Of a DNA stretch of 64,000 nucleotides, positions 48,318-58,391 are shown piece after piece. The stretch is from assembly GCA_023379025.1 (NCBI GenBank), contig JAMCTH010000009.1:5092-69091 (forward strand), given 5' to 3'. The position numbers and the translations under genes are program-made. The notes under the pieces are model-generated. The model saw only the letters and a program-made list of their open reading frames with translations, was not told the origin of the DNA and ran no database searches. Source of the DNA: Patescibacteria group bacterium (GTDB lineage: Bacteria > Patescibacteriota > Microgenomatia > UBA10105 > UBA927). Position 1 is the first letter of the stretch; each line of letters opens with the position of its first letter.

Positions 48318-50777
48318 TTGTTTCAGTCCCATAGGATATGGTATAACGCCTGCACGATGATACGGAAAGCCTCAAGACACAAGCTAAAACAAAACAATGA
48401 TACGCTTTTTATTGATATCCTCTTTTTTCCATTCTGGGTCCTCATCCAGATCGGAAACCTGATACGGTCGTTCTCCGGGACGGTTATACAGTCGTCTCTT
48501 GCCGGCATGCGGACCTTCCGTCACAACGCGGCAATCCGCTCGCAGGCGATTCTCTATGAATTCCAAAAACAACGGCCGCGGATGCCTGCGGGGAAACGCG
48601 TCAGAAAAAAAGGGGCCGCCGCAGGGCGGACAACCGGTTGGTTTTCCCTGCCGGCGCACGGGGTAAAGACATTCCTCCGGCTGCCCGGCGCCGGTGTCTT
48701 GCGGACGCTCAAGAGGTTTTTCACGGTGTTTGTGCGGCAACTGTCGGAACGGCTACGCCGGATCCGGCTTTTCTACCGGAGGAAAAAAACGCAGCAGCGC
48801 CCCGTCAACCTGCCCGACGAGCTCAAATGGTTTGCGATCGGTATCCTCGCGACCACGCTCTTTGTCGTCATCCCGTTCACGGGCTATACCTGGATTGCAT
48901 CCCTGCCGAATCCGCACCTGCTGACGCAGCGCGACATCGAAGTGACGACAAAAATTTTTGACCGGAACGGCAATCTCCTCTATGAAATTTATGCGGACCA
49001 GAACAGGACGCCGCTCCCGCTTGCCGAAATTCCGCTCCCGATGCAGGAAGCGACCATCTCGATCGAAGACAAAAATTTTTACCACCACGACGGATTTTCC
49101 GTCACCGGCATGCTCCGAAGCCTCAAGGAAATTATCTTTAATCATCAGGTTCAGGGCGGGTCAACCATTACCCAGCAGCTCGTCAAATCCGCCCTGCTCA
49201 CCCCGGAAATAAGCATCACCAGGAAAATCAGGGAGCTTGTGCTGTCCGTCTGGGCGGAACACATCTATACGAAAAATCAGATACTGGAGATGTACCTGAA
49301 CCAGGTGCCGTACGGCGGTACCGCCTGGGGAGTTGAGGCGGCCAGTCAGACGTATTTCGGCAAACCTGCCAGGGACCTCTCCCTTGCGGAAGCGGCACTT
49401 CTTGCCGGACTTCCCGCAGCGCCGACGGAATACTCGCCCTACGGCGATCACCCGGAAAAGGCATTTGAACGCCAGGCGGAAGTACTCAGGAGAATGACTG
49501 AAGACCGCTACATAACGCCCGCGGAAGAACGCGAGGCGCTCGCCCAAACCATCCATTTTGTTCCTCCGAAGACCGGCATCCGGGCGCCGCATTTTGTCAT
49601 GTACGTCAAGAACCTTCTGGAACAGAAATACGGAGCCAGACTGGTAGAACGCGGCGGACTCCGGGTAACGACATCGCTTGACCTCACTATCCAGGACGAA
49701 ACGGAACAGATCGTCAATAATACTGTCGATGCGCTCGCAAGCCTCCGGGTCGGCAACGGTGCGGCACTCGTAACGGATCCGAAAACCGGGGAAATCCTTG
49801 CCATGGTGGGAAGCCGGGATTATTTTGACATCGCCCGCCAGGGGAACGTCAACGTCACGACGGCGCTCAGACAGCCGGGATCCTCCATAAAAGTCGTCAA
49901 TTATGCGGCAGCGCTTGAAAACGGATTTACCGCAGCCAGCCTCATCGATGATGCGCCGGTTATCTACAACATCCCGGGCAGTGCCCCGTATGCCCCCGTC
50001 AACTATGACGGCAAATTCCACGGCATCGTGCCGCTCCGCTATGCGCTTGGCAATTCGTTCAATATCCCTGCCGTCAAGGTGCTCTCCAACATCGGCGTCC
50101 AGACCATGATCGATAAAGGGAAAGCCATGGGGATCACCTCCTGGACCGATCCGTCTGCATACGGCCTCTCGCTGACGCTCGGAGGAGCCGACGTCACCAT
50201 GCTTGATATGGCACGGGTATACGGGACGCTTGCGAATCTCGGCAAGCGCGTCGACCTCCTCCCCATCCTGAAAGTCACCGACTATACGGGAAAAGTGCTC
50301 GAAGACAACCGGCCGGCCGATCCCATACCCGCAGTCCGTCCCGGTGTTGCATGGATTCTCGGAAATATCCTGAGCGACAATGCTGCCAGGATCATAGAAT
50401 TCGGACCCAATTCCCCCCTGGTTATCCCGGGAAAGACGGTATCCGTCAAAACAGGGACGAGCAACGACAAACGCGATAACTGGACCATCGGCTATACACC
50501 CTCCTACGTTGCGGTCGTGTGGGTCGGCAACAATGACAATTCACCGATGAACCCGTACCTGGCGTCCGGTATCACGGGAGCGGCTCCCATCTGGCATGAC
50601 ATCATGAGTTTTCTCCTCAAAGACCGCCCCGATGAACCGGAACCGGAACCGGAGGGCATCGTCTCCGTCCCCTGTTATTACGGACGGGTTGAATATTTTC
50701 TTGAAGGCACCCAGCCGCCCGGAGGACACTGCGCGCCGATCCCCACTCCCAGCCCGACCCCGACGCCCAACCCTTAA
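48318..50777 (+). CDS. class A penicillin-binding protein, copy 2 (tandem paralog, long basic N-terminal cytoplasmic extension; true start uncertain: 48318/48357/48507/48582)
   Basis: Same GT51 and TP motifs (EDKNFYHHDG, GGSTITQQLVK, SSIKV, SFN, KTGTS). The TM is about 190 aa from the first Met. Confidence 0.8.
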   Translation: MFQSHRIWYNACTMIRKASRHKLKQNNDTLFIDILFFPFWVLIQIGNLIRSFSGTVIQSSLAGMRTFRHNAAIRSQAILYEFQKQRPRMPAGKRVRKKGAAAGRTTGWFSLPAHGVKTFLRLPGAGVLRTLKRFFTVFVRQLSERLRRIRLFYRRKKTQQRPVNLPDELKWFAIGILATTLFVVIPFTGYTWIASLPNPHLLTQRDIEVTTKIFDRNGNLLYEIYADQNRTPLPLAEIPLPMQEATISIEDKNFYHHDGFSVTGMLRSLKEIIFNHQVQGGSTITQQLVKSALLTPEISITRKIRELVLSVWAEHIYTKNQILEMYLNQVPYGGTAWGVEAASQTYFGKPARDLSLAEAALLAGLPAAPTEYSPYGDHPEKAFERQAEVLRRMTEDRYITPAEEREALAQTIHFVPPKTGIRAPHFVMYVKNLLEQKYGARLVERGGLRVTTSLDLTIQDETEQIVNNTVDALASLRVGNGAALVTDPKTGEILAMVGSRDYFDIARQGNVNVTTALRQPGSSIKVVNYAAALENGFTAASLIDDAPVIYNIPGSAPYAPVNYDGKFHGIVPLRYALGNSFNIPAVKVLSNIGVQTMIDKGKAMGITSWTDPSAYGLSLTLGGADVTMLDMARVYGTLANLGKRVDLLPILKVTDYTGKVLEDNRPADPIPAVRPGVAWILGNILSDNAARIIEFGPNSPLVIPGKTVSVKTGTSNDKRDNWTIGYTPSYVAVVWVGNNDNSPMNPYLASGITGAAPIWHDIMSFLLKDRPDEPEPEPEGIVSVPCYYGRVEYFLEGTQPPGGHCAPIPTPSPTPTPNP

Positions 50778-50826
50778 CGGCTGACGGTTGGAGGAGAACC
50801 AGCGCCCCGGTTCCGTCTCTGAAAGC

Positions 50827-51297
50827 TCAGGTATACCGGTCGGCCACTTTACTTGCCGCATAGCTTTCCGGTTTTGTCCGGACCAGATACCCGCTTCCCC
50901 GGATCATACCGACAATCTCACTGATCATTTCGCGCGTATCCCCGAATGCCCCGATATCGACGTGAATTTCCACATCATATTTGGTAATGCCGTCGTTACG
51001 AAGAAGCGCCAGGACCGTTTCCGCCATGGCAAGGGACATCACTGCCTCCTCGTACATCCGCTGCCGGAGAACATACTTCTTTTTGTTGACAATCCGTTTC
51101 CAGAAATAGATACCGCCGGATCCTACCCTCCGTACCACAATCGCCGTGACAAAATCCACACCCTGCCCGTTATGCGGCTGGGAGTCGGTGCCGATCACGA
51201 TCTCGTAAGTGCGCTCGGGGTCTGCGGACAGATATGCAACAATACGTTTGCGGATTTCCGGAAGATCAAGCGCGCCGTAGGTCGGACTCTGAAACAT
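50827..51297 (-). CDS. YkuK/DUF458-like RNase H-fold protein
   Basis: EIVIGTDSQ...VDFVTAIVV resembles the IGTDSQ signature of the predicted RNase H-like YkuK family; 156 aa. Confidence 0.45.
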   Translation of the reverse strand: MFQSPTYGALDLPEIRKRIVAYLSADPERTYEIVIGTDSQPHNGQGVDFVTAIVVRRVGSGGIYFWKRIVNKKKYVLRQRMYEEAVMSLAMAETVLALLRNDGITKYDVEIHVDIGAFGDTREMISEIVGMIRGSGYLVRTKPESYAASKVADRYT

Positions 51298-51422
51298 ACG
51301 CGGCTAATAGTAGCAAAAGCACCTGTGGCCCGCAAGAAAACGGCGCCCGGCATACGAAAAGTACGAAAGGTGTTACCCTCCCGTACTTTTCCTGTTGTTC
51401 TCCGTTTCGTACGTACAGCAGA

Positions 51423-51689
51423 TTACTGCTGCGGTCGCTCTTCCCGGGGACGTGCTTCATTGACGACAAGCTGCCGTCCTTCCACGTCTTTGTTGTGGAA
51501 CAGTTCGATGGCTTTCTTGGCTTCCTCATCGGTTGCCATTTCCACGAAACCGAAGCCGCGTGATCGACCGGAATATTTATCGGCAATCACCTTGGCTGAA
51601 ACGACGTTTCCTGCCTGGGCAAATAATTGCCCGAGCTTGTCGCTGTCCACAGTGTAAGGAAGGTTCCCTACAAATAAATTGGTGGCCAT
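51423..51689 (-). CDS. RRM-type RNA-binding protein (glycine-poor short Rbp)
   Basis: RNP2 LFVGNL and RNP1 RGFGFVEM. 88 aa. Strong SD (GGAGAAAGGAG) upstream. Confidence 0.85.
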   Translation of the reverse strand: MATNLFVGNLPYTVDSDKLGQLFAQAGNVVSAKVIADKYSGRSRGFGFVEMATDEEAKKAIELFHNKDVEGRQLVVNEARPREERPQQ

Positions 51690-51855
51690 AATGGGCTCCT
51701 TTCTCCTCAGGACTTAAAGGGGACACCGAACGCCTGAAGAGAAAGTCGGATGAGGTATCTCACACGGCTTTTCAAGGTCATGGGTCGCACACTTCTTTCC
51801 TAGGTCTTCCTTCTCCTGGCCCGGAACTTCCCGCGCCTCACAAAGGATCAAGGGG

Positions 51856-51885
51856 AGTATACCACATGCGGACCCGGTGGGACAA
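51856..51885 (-). promoter_or_regulatory. candidate promoter for the rbp gene (-35 TTGTCC, 18-nt spacer, -10 TATACT on the minus strand), implying a ~160-nt 5' UTR
   Basis: Hexamers read from the reverse complement of 51856-51885. Confidence 0.3.
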
Positions 51886-51923
51886 ATGCAATCGGCAGTA
51901 CTGGCAAACCGATAGATCACCAA

Positions 51924-52541
51924 CTACTGCAATATCGCAGTCTCATCCACGGCGGACCCTCCATTCCCTGATCCTCCCTGAGGTGCGCCGGTGAAGGCGA
52001 AGCTTCCGGTTACGACATCGGAAATGCCGCTCCAGTATGCGCTTCCTGACGCTTCAACCGTATAGACTATGCCCTGATCCGGGAATCCGGTAATGATGAG
52101 GTCTGAGCCCGCGGTGCGGATTTTCTTTGCCGGCTTGCCGCCGAGATTCGCGTCCGTGATCACACCATCTGTGAACCGCTTATCGGTTTTCATCCAGGTG
52201 CCCAAGTTGGTTGCCGTGGTATCCCGGACCCATACGATGAGATTTCCGGGATGCTCCGGGTCGGTGAACTCGAAATGGGCGTAATTCACGTTATCTTCCG
52301 GATGTGTATTGAGTGTCAGGTTTTCCGGATAGGAAAATTGCATGCGGTTGTTGTTGTCGGTCAGTGTCTTGAGAGGAACCGGCGTCGGCGTCGGGGAAAC
52401 GGACGACACTGCCTGCTCAGATTCTGCCAGAGGATTGATAATCCTCCCCGGCCTCTTGACGCCGGTGGAGTACCATGCCGCAATACCACCCGCGGCTACC
52501 CCTACCACGACCGCACTGATGACAAGTGGATGGATGCGCAT
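51924..52541 (-). CDS. secreted/anchored hypothetical protein
   Basis: Start at the internal Met giving signal/TM (MRIHPLVISAVVVGVAAGGIAAWY). Thr/Pro linker then beta-rich domain. Confidence 0.45.
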   Translation of the reverse strand: MRIHPLVISAVVVGVAAGGIAAWYSTGVKRPGRIINPLAESEQAVSSVSPTPTPVPLKTLTDNNNRMQFSYPENLTLNTHPEDNVNYAHFEFTDPEHPGNLIVWVRDTTATNLGTWMKTDKRFTDGVITDANLGGKPAKKIRTAGSDLIITGFPDQGIVYTVEASGSAYWSGISDVVTGSFAFTGAPQGGSGNGGSAVDETAILQ

Positions 52542-52579
52542 AGTTTCCCGTAGTATACCATCCGCACGGCCCTGATATA

Positions 52580-53017
52580 ATGAAGGGAATGAGTATCTCC
52601 CGCCGCTTTGCATCACTGGTACTCTGTTGTTGTTTCTTTCTGGTAATCCCCCTGCTTTCCCGCCCGGCACTGGCAGCCAAAAAACGGGTATGGCGCAGTA
52701 ACTCCGGCGGCGGAGAGACGTACTCAACCGGCAAACTCTCCCGACCAACGAACAGCGTCATCATTACGTTTCTCCACCTCGAAACCGTGGATTCCGCAAC
52801 GTATACACTCGAGTACAAAACGAACAAAACGACACAGGGGATCGTCGGAACGGTTACGCCGGCGGGACAGGATACGGAGTCCCGTGATCTCTACTTCGGA
52901 ACCTGCAGCCATGGAGTCTGTACGCCGCATGACAATATCTCCGCCGCCACGCTTACCGTGGAAACGCGGCTGAAAACCGGAGTGACCAACACAAAACGCT
53001 ACTATATCAGAATCTAA
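52580..53017 (+). CDS. small secreted protein with signal peptide, hypothetical
   Basis: MKGMSISRRFASLVLCCCFFLVIPLLSRPALA signal-like N-terminus; 145 aa. Confidence 0.45.
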   Translation: MKGMSISRRFASLVLCCCFFLVIPLLSRPALAAKKRVWRSNSGGGETYSTGKLSRPTNSVIITFLHLETVDSATYTLEYKTNKTTQGIVGTVTPAGQDTESRDLYFGTCSHGVCTPHDNISAATLTVETRLKTGVTNTKRYYIRI

Positions 53018-53616
53018 AATCCCAGTTTTTCCCTAACGAACAGGATCGTTACCCTTCCGGGTTGCTGTTGCCGGACGATGAGAATATCATTTATTGCGCT
53101 TCCTTTTCCGTACGCTTTTTGTGCCCGCTCGTTTTCCAGAGGAAAAACATATTCTTCGATACGCCGGAACCCCTCCTCAACAGACGGGACAATCTTTTGC
53201 GTTCCGGCAATCCACAGCACATGATCTGCCCCATACACGTACGGCCCGAGTTGGCTTCCCGTTGCCGACGCAATCATCACCTGTCCGTCGCGGGTAACGG
53301 CGTGCACACTTCCCACAACCCAGTCCGGAGAAACGGCCACCCGCGTCATCTCTTTGCGCTGTGTTGCTCTGTCCATCGTAAGAAGTGTTTTGCGGATTGA
53401 ACGGTAACGACCGCTTTCGTTAATGTCGTGAAGAAGCCCGATCTGTTCCGACGTTCTCGAGGTGACGGTGAATACGCTCGCGCCTTCCGGCAACAGCGCC
53501 AACGCCCGTTCTTTTGCTTCTTGGGCGTGATCGCACATCAGCACGTCAAACCCGTGACCCCTGAGAGCCCGAGCCGTTTCCCTGAGCGTCTGATCGGATG
53601 CAAGTGTATCCCACAT
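53014..53616 (-). CDS. LUD-domain (YkgG/LutC-like, DUF162) protein
   Basis: 200 aa; ...GSVHAVTRDGQVMIASATGSQLGPYVYGADHVLWIAGTQKIVPS... resembles the LUD fold pattern. Confidence 0.5.
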   Translation of the reverse strand: MWDTLASDQTLRETARALRGHGFDVLMCDHAQEAKERALALLPEGASVFTVTSRTSEQIGLLHDINESGRYRSIRKTLLTMDRATQRKEMTRVAVSPDWVVGSVHAVTRDGQVMIASATGSQLGPYVYGADHVLWIAGTQKIVPSVEEGFRRIEEYVFPLENERAQKAYGKGSAINDILIVRQQQPGRVTILFVREKLGF

Positions 53617-53710
53617 AGAACCGCACTTCCTTTACTTTGCCGGTCGCAATTGGTAAACTACACCGTACATCAATTACTTTACTTTGTAAAGTAGTTACAT
53701 ATTATATAGT

Positions 53711-54019
53711 ATGAATGCCCGTGATAAGCAATGTCTCGGGAAAACCCTCAACATTATCGGGAGTAAATGGACGGTATTTCTCCTCCATGAGCTTACCGGC
53801 GGCACCAGACGTTTCGGCGAACTTGAACGCGCGCTTGACGGCATTAGCCCCCGGACGTTATCACTGCGTCTCAGGGAACTCGAACACGCAGGAATTGTAA
53901 AGAAGAAACTCTACGCGGAAGTGCCTCCCCATGCGGAATATTCCCTGACGGACAAAGGGAAATCACTCCGCAGTATCATCCGGAACATCCATACCTGGGG
54001 AAAGGGCCGGTCGGTATGA
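53711..54019 (+). CDS. HxlR-family winged-helix transcriptional regulator
   Basis: CLGKTLNIIGSKWTVFLLHELTGGTRRFGELERALDGISPRTLSLRLRELEHAGIV. Confidence 0.8.
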   Translation: MNARDKQCLGKTLNIIGSKWTVFLLHELTGGTRRFGELERALDGISPRTLSLRLRELEHAGIVKKKLYAEVPPHAEYSLTDKGKSLRSIIRNIHTWGKGRSV

Positions 54020-54915
54020 TGTCCCTCCTCATCTCACGGGGTTTTGACGGGTATGAGCTTCTGGACACCGGAGCAGGAGAAAAGCTCGAGCGTTTCGGAC
54101 AGTACCGTGTTTCCCGACCCGATCCGCAGATACTCTGGCGCAGAAAAAACACCGTGCCGTGGGACGCGGACGCGGTTTTTTCCCGTACCGCGGCAGACCG
54201 CGGCACCTGGAGCCTCCGTCGGCCTGTACCGGACCCGTGGATCATCCGTTATCGCACACTCCGCTTCCGCCTGAAACTTACCCCGTTCAAGCATCTCGGC
54301 ATCTTTCCCGAGCAGGCTTCGCAGTGGGAATGGGTTATGGCATCGATTGCCGCCGCTTCCCGGCCGGTACACATGCTTAATCTCTTCGGCTATACCGGCG
54401 CCCTATCCCTTGCTGCTGCCGCTTCAGGAGCAGACGTCACCCATGTGGATGCCTCGCGGCCGACCATCGGATGGGCACGGGAAAATCAGCATCTGTCAGG
54501 ACTGGGCCAGGCACCGGTACGCTGGATTCTTGATGATGCGGTTTCCTTTTGCCGACGGGAAATTAAACGCGGTGCGGCGTATGAAGCAATCGTCATGGAT
54601 CCTCCGGTCCGCGGTCACGGACCCCACGGGGAACTCTGGGATTTTACCGCGGGTTTTCCCAGACTCATGGGGTATTGCCGCCAGCTGCTTGCTCCGAAAC
54701 CGCTTTTCATCCTCATCAATGCGTACGCAGTAAGCACCTCTTCCGTCATCCTCGACCGCGTACTCGAAGATGAAACCGGAGGAACGGGAAACATCATCTC
54801 CGGCGAGCTCGGGATGCGCGAACGGGTGTCCGGGCGCATTCTCACCACAGGCATTTTTGCGGCATGGTCGCCGGACGCGGACATCACTTCGGGCATCCTG
54901 AGTCGTTCGGATTAA
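54016..54915 (+). CDS. class I SAM-dependent methyltransferase (RlmI/RlmK/YccW-like rRNA m5C-type)
   Basis: VHMLNLFGYTGALSLAAAASGA (motif I), IVMDPP (motif IV); 299 aa. 4-nt overlap with hxlR stop. Confidence 0.6.
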   Translation: MMSLLISRGFDGYELLDTGAGEKLERFGQYRVSRPDPQILWRRKNTVPWDADAVFSRTAADRGTWSLRRPVPDPWIIRYRTLRFRLKLTPFKHLGIFPEQASQWEWVMASIAAASRPVHMLNLFGYTGALSLAAAASGADVTHVDASRPTIGWARENQHLSGLGQAPVRWILDDAVSFCRREIKRGAAYEAIVMDPPVRGHGPHGELWDFTAGFPRLMGYCRQLLAPKPLFILINAYAVSTSSVILDRVLEDETGGTGNIISGELGMRERVSGRILTTGIFAAWSPDADITSGILSRSD

Positions 54916-55064
54916 GCGTTATATCACGTCCTGCCGCCCCACATTGCAACAACCGGAAAAATCTGTTACCCTGTATCCAGCAAGTCATCCGGCCTGCACC
55001 ATACCCAAACGGATATCCCGGTCCCGGTTTCCCGTGTCCGCAGTGGGTATACTGTGAGGCAGTT

Positions 55065-55736
55065 ATGGACAAAAATGCCGTAAGGAAGATCGATATCTTC
55101 TTTACCAAATTTACTCCTCTGCATTTTGAGAAGAACGATGTCATCCTTCAGGCCGGAGAAACACCGGAAGGCATCTATTACATCACAAAAGGGCTCGTGA
55201 AGCAGTACCTTATATCCAAAAAAGGAGAAACGTTTATCCTCCATGTCTTCCGTGCAGAATCATTTTTCCACATGACGTGGTTTGTAAACGGGGGCATCAA
55301 TACGTCCTATTTTGAAGCTATGGCGCCGGTTGATGTCTACCGTGCACCCATGGAAAAAGTGGAAACCTTTTTTACGGCACATCCTGAACTCTACCGGCAT
55401 TTTGCCAACCGTCTGCTCCGTGGGGTGGACGGCATGATCTCCCGGCTTGGATTCCTGATGCTCGAACCCGCATACGTCAAAATCATTTCCTTTCTCGTAT
55501 ACCTGGCTCAGAAATACAGCAGCAAAGAAGACGGAAAACTGGTCACGCAGCTGCCGTTCAGCCACAAGGAAATTGCATCATGGGTCGGCACCACCCGGGA
55601 AACCGCAAGCATTCAGATGGAACGCCTCAAAAAAATGGGGATCATCAGCTACCGGAGGCGGCTGATCGTCATCCACAACCTCAAACACCTGCAGGACGAG
55701 CTTCTCTCGGGAAGCGAACAGGCGCGCATGTCATGA
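55065..55736 (+). CDS. Crp/Fnr-family transcriptional regulator
   Basis: N-terminal cNMP-binding beta-roll (FEKNDVILQAGETPEGIYYITKGLVK) and C-terminal HTH (SHKEIASWVGTTRETASIQMERLKK). Confidence 0.75.
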   Translation: MDKNAVRKIDIFFTKFTPLHFEKNDVILQAGETPEGIYYITKGLVKQYLISKKGETFILHVFRAESFFHMTWFVNGGINTSYFEAMAPVDVYRAPMEKVETFFTAHPELYRHFANRLLRGVDGMISRLGFLMLEPAYVKIISFLVYLAQKYSSKEDGKLVTQLPFSHKEIASWVGTTRETASIQMERLKKMGIISYRRRLIVIHNLKHLQDELLSGSEQARMS

Positions 55737-55745
55737 CGCCGGCAG

Positions 55746-55976
55746 TCATTTCTTCTGCAGCTGTTTCCAGAGCCAAAGTCCCAACAGGATAAGATCGACA
55801 ACCACGAGAAGATAAACGGCTAGTCCGAATACATTGCCGCCTCCCCATCCTGCCATGTTGCCGTAGGTATAGTTCCAACCCATCATGAACGCGTCACCTC
55901 CCTTATAACGTCTATTGTCGTACTGTTTCTCCACCCGGTCAACTCCGGCAGACGTTGTCATCCATATGTTTGTCAT
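55746..55976 (-). CDS. small membrane protein (76 aa), hypothetical
   Basis: Gly/Trp-rich N-terminus and one C-terminal TM helix. Sits in an otherwise empty intergenic slot. Confidence 0.25.
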   Translation of the reverse strand: MTNIWMTTSAGVDRVEKQYDNRRYKGGDAFMMGWNYTYGNMAGWGGGNVFGLAVYLLVVVDLILLGLWLWKQLQKK

Positions 55977-55999
55977 AGATTCCTGGTATAATACTGATC

Positions 56000-56374
56000 A
56001 TGCTCAAAAACACGAATTTATCCGTTTGCATCTGGTCGGATAACTACAAAGCCCTTGCCGGGTGGTACCGGGATACGTTGGATCTCCCGGTCCGCGAAGA
56101 ACTGACGCTTCCCAGTGATACGGGCATTGATTTTGACTTCGGGGGGAACTACTTCTCTGTCGGGCGCCATGATAAGGTCCACGGAAAAAACAAAGACCCC
56201 TACCGCATCATGATCGGATTTGAGGTGGAAAGTGTCGCAAAAACCTATGCCGAACTCCAAAAAAAAGGGGTCACCGTTATAGCTGCACCATTTGAGGGAC
56301 CGCCCGGCGGCTTTTGGTGCATGACCATTGCTGATCCCGAGGGCAATATCCTCCAGTTTTTCGGCGATAAATAA
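56000..56374 (+). CDS. VOC (glyoxalase/bleomycin-resistance/dioxygenase) family protein
   Basis: 124 aa, paired beta-alpha-beta-beta-beta modules; ...MIGFEVESV...ADPEGNILQFF. Confidence 0.65.
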   Translation: MLKNTNLSVCIWSDNYKALAGWYRDTLDLPVREELTLPSDTGIDFDFGGNYFSVGRHDKVHGKNKDPYRIMIGFEVESVAKTYAELQKKGVTVIAAPFEGPPGGFWCMTIADPEGNILQFFGDK

Positions 56375-56379
56375 CTTCT

Positions 56380-57276
56380 ATGCCGTGGTACGCTTTCGCC
56401 GCCGCAACCCCGGTCCTCTACAGCTGGGCCGTCTTCATCGATAAATTCCTTATCGAAAAACGCATTAAAAACCCGATAGTGTTAACCTCCGTATTCGGCA
56501 TGACGAGCGGTCTCATCGGTGTTCTCATCGGCCTGATTCACGGGTTTCAGCCTATCGGACTGTTCAACACGCTTGTCATTATGGCCGGGGGCATGCTTCT
56601 CGTGTTCTATCTCCTTCCCTACTACGCCGCAATCCAAAAAGAAGATGTGTCGCGGGTCATCCCGATGTATGAACTTATCCCGGTTTTTACCCTCGGTATG
56701 TCCGCGCTATTTTTGCATGAGACACTCACATTCAAACAGATCCTCGGGCTCTTTGTAGTGGTTATTGGGGCGGTCACGATATCCATGGAACACATAGAAG
56801 GGAGTATTTTCCGACCGAGAAAAGCGCTCTGGCTTATCCTCCTTTCGAGCATCCTTTACGGAACGGTCGGAATTGTTTTCCGGTATATCGTAAAAGATGC
56901 CGGCTATTGGACGACGTTTTCCTATGAGTACATCGGTACCGGTATCGCGGGAGTTGCTCTCCTTTTTCTCCCATCAGTCCGGCGGGGTTTTCAAAAAGAC
57001 TTCGCCGCTCTTACATCTTCTCTTGGATTGTTGGCGGTAGATAAAGCCTGCGGCATCACGGCACAACTGTCGGAAGGGGTCGCGCTGTCTCTTGCTTTCG
57101 TTCCGCTCGTTAACACCATCGAAAGCATTCAACCCATCGTCATGCTTATAGAAGGAATGCTTCTTACCGTTCTGTTGCCGCGCTTCATCAGGGAAAATAT
57201 CTCCGGGGGTGTCCTTGCCCATAAAGCCGTCTCTATCGCTATTATTTTCGCCGGGCTGACGCTCATGTACCTCTGA
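56380..57276 (+). CDS. EamA/DMT-superfamily transporter
   Basis: 298 aa, 10 TM, two EamA-like halves. Confidence 0.7.
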   Translation: MPWYAFAAATPVLYSWAVFIDKFLIEKRIKNPIVLTSVFGMTSGLIGVLIGLIHGFQPIGLFNTLVIMAGGMLLVFYLLPYYAAIQKEDVSRVIPMYELIPVFTLGMSALFLHETLTFKQILGLFVVVIGAVTISMEHIEGSIFRPRKALWLILLSSILYGTVGIVFRYIVKDAGYWTTFSYEYIGTGIAGVALLFLPSVRRGFQKDFAALTSSLGLLAVDKACGITAQLSEGVALSLAFVPLVNTIESIQPIVMLIEGMLLTVLLPRFIRENISGGVLAHKAVSIAIIFAGLTLMYL

Positions 57277-57329
57277 CGCTCCTCTCCGGCGCTCTGTCGC
57301 CCGGAAGACAAGAACGGTAGACCCCACGC

Positions 57330-58391
57330 TCATGAGCGGGTTTTTGTTCCCAGATTATCGTATCCCTTCAGGCGGTACACCGCAAGCGAAAGAAGCCAGC
57401 TCAGGAGAAATGCGATAATGATGATATACCCCATGTTGCCGAGATCCACGCGGTTTATGGCGCGGATTACCAAGCCTCCCCACCCCAATTCACGCGCAAG
57501 CAATTGCACTCCTTCAACTCCTCCGATAAACAGCGCTATGACGACGGAAATGAACGTAATATTCAGGTTATAGTACAGTTTCCGGACCGGCTTGACATAT
57601 GCCCATCCGTATGCGCCAAGCATGAGTATACCGTCGAGCGTATCGATAAGAGACATCCCGGCAGTAAACGCGACAGGAAGGAGCAATACTTTCCATGCCT
57701 CCATCCCGCCGGCACCCGTTGCCGCGGAAAGGGAAAGGAGTCCCACTTCGCTTGCCGTATCAAAACCGAGCCCGAACAGAAACCCGACAAAATACATGTT
57801 CCAGCTCGCGGATACCGCCCCGAGGAACGGCCGGAAGAACCGCGCAAGAAATCCCTTGGTTTCGAGATGCATGCGGATCTCCCGCGCATCATATCCTCCG
57901 CCACGGATAACTCTCCGCCACACCCGGACGATATCAAGAAGCGCAAAAAGATTTACAAATCCGATAAGGAGCAAAAATACGCTTGAAACCAGCGTCCCGA
58001 CGAGCGCCCCGGTACTCCGGAATGCCGGCAGATTGGTTCTGATATAGGAAGCAAAGAACGCTATGGCGACGGAAAGCGCCACGACAATTGTCGAGTGGCC
58101 GAGCGAGAAAAAAAACCCGACACCGACCGGCCGTTTCCCCTCACCCATGAGTTTCCGGGTCGTATTGTCGATTGCCGCTATATGATCCGCATCTACGGCA
58201 TGTCGTAGTCCCAACCCGTATGCAAGTACCACGAGTCCAACAAACGTCGTATTCCCAACAGACGCCCAAAGACTACCGGCCCAGACCGACAGGTTGAGAA
58301 GAATCAAAATAGTTGCAAGAGCCGTCAATCTCCGCCGAAAACCTGGTGAAGTTTTGGAAAAAAGAGTATGGAGTTTGCCCGGCAACTTCAT
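57330..58391 (-). CDS. HoxN/HupN/NixA-family high-affinity nickel/cobalt transporter (NiCoT)
   Basis: LGLRHAVDADHIAAIDN is the NiCoT signature in TM2; 8 TM. Confidence 0.85.
   Translation of the reverse strand: MKLPGKLHTLFSKTSPGFRRRLTALATILILLNLSVWAGSLWASVGNTTFVGLVVLAYGLGLRHAVDADHIAAIDNTTRKLMGEGKRPVGVGFFFSLGHSTIVVALSVAIAFFASYIRTNLPAFRSTGALVGTLVSSVFLLLIGFVNLFALLDIVRVWRRVIRGGGYDAREIRMHLETKGFLARFFRPFLGAVSASWNMYFVGFLFGLGFDTASEVGLLSLSAATGAGGMEAWKVLLLPVAFTAGMSLIDTLDGILMLGAYGWAYVKPVRKLYYNLNITFISVVIALFIGGVEGVQLLARELGWGGLVIRAINRVDLGNMGYIIIIAFLLSWLLSLAVYRLKGYDNLGTKTRS

Noticed and set aside
51714-51923. 69-aa minus-strand ORF immediately upstream of the rbp gene
   Set aside because: It lies within the predicted 5' leader of rbp, with no SD and odd composition. 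More likely untranslated leader sequence.
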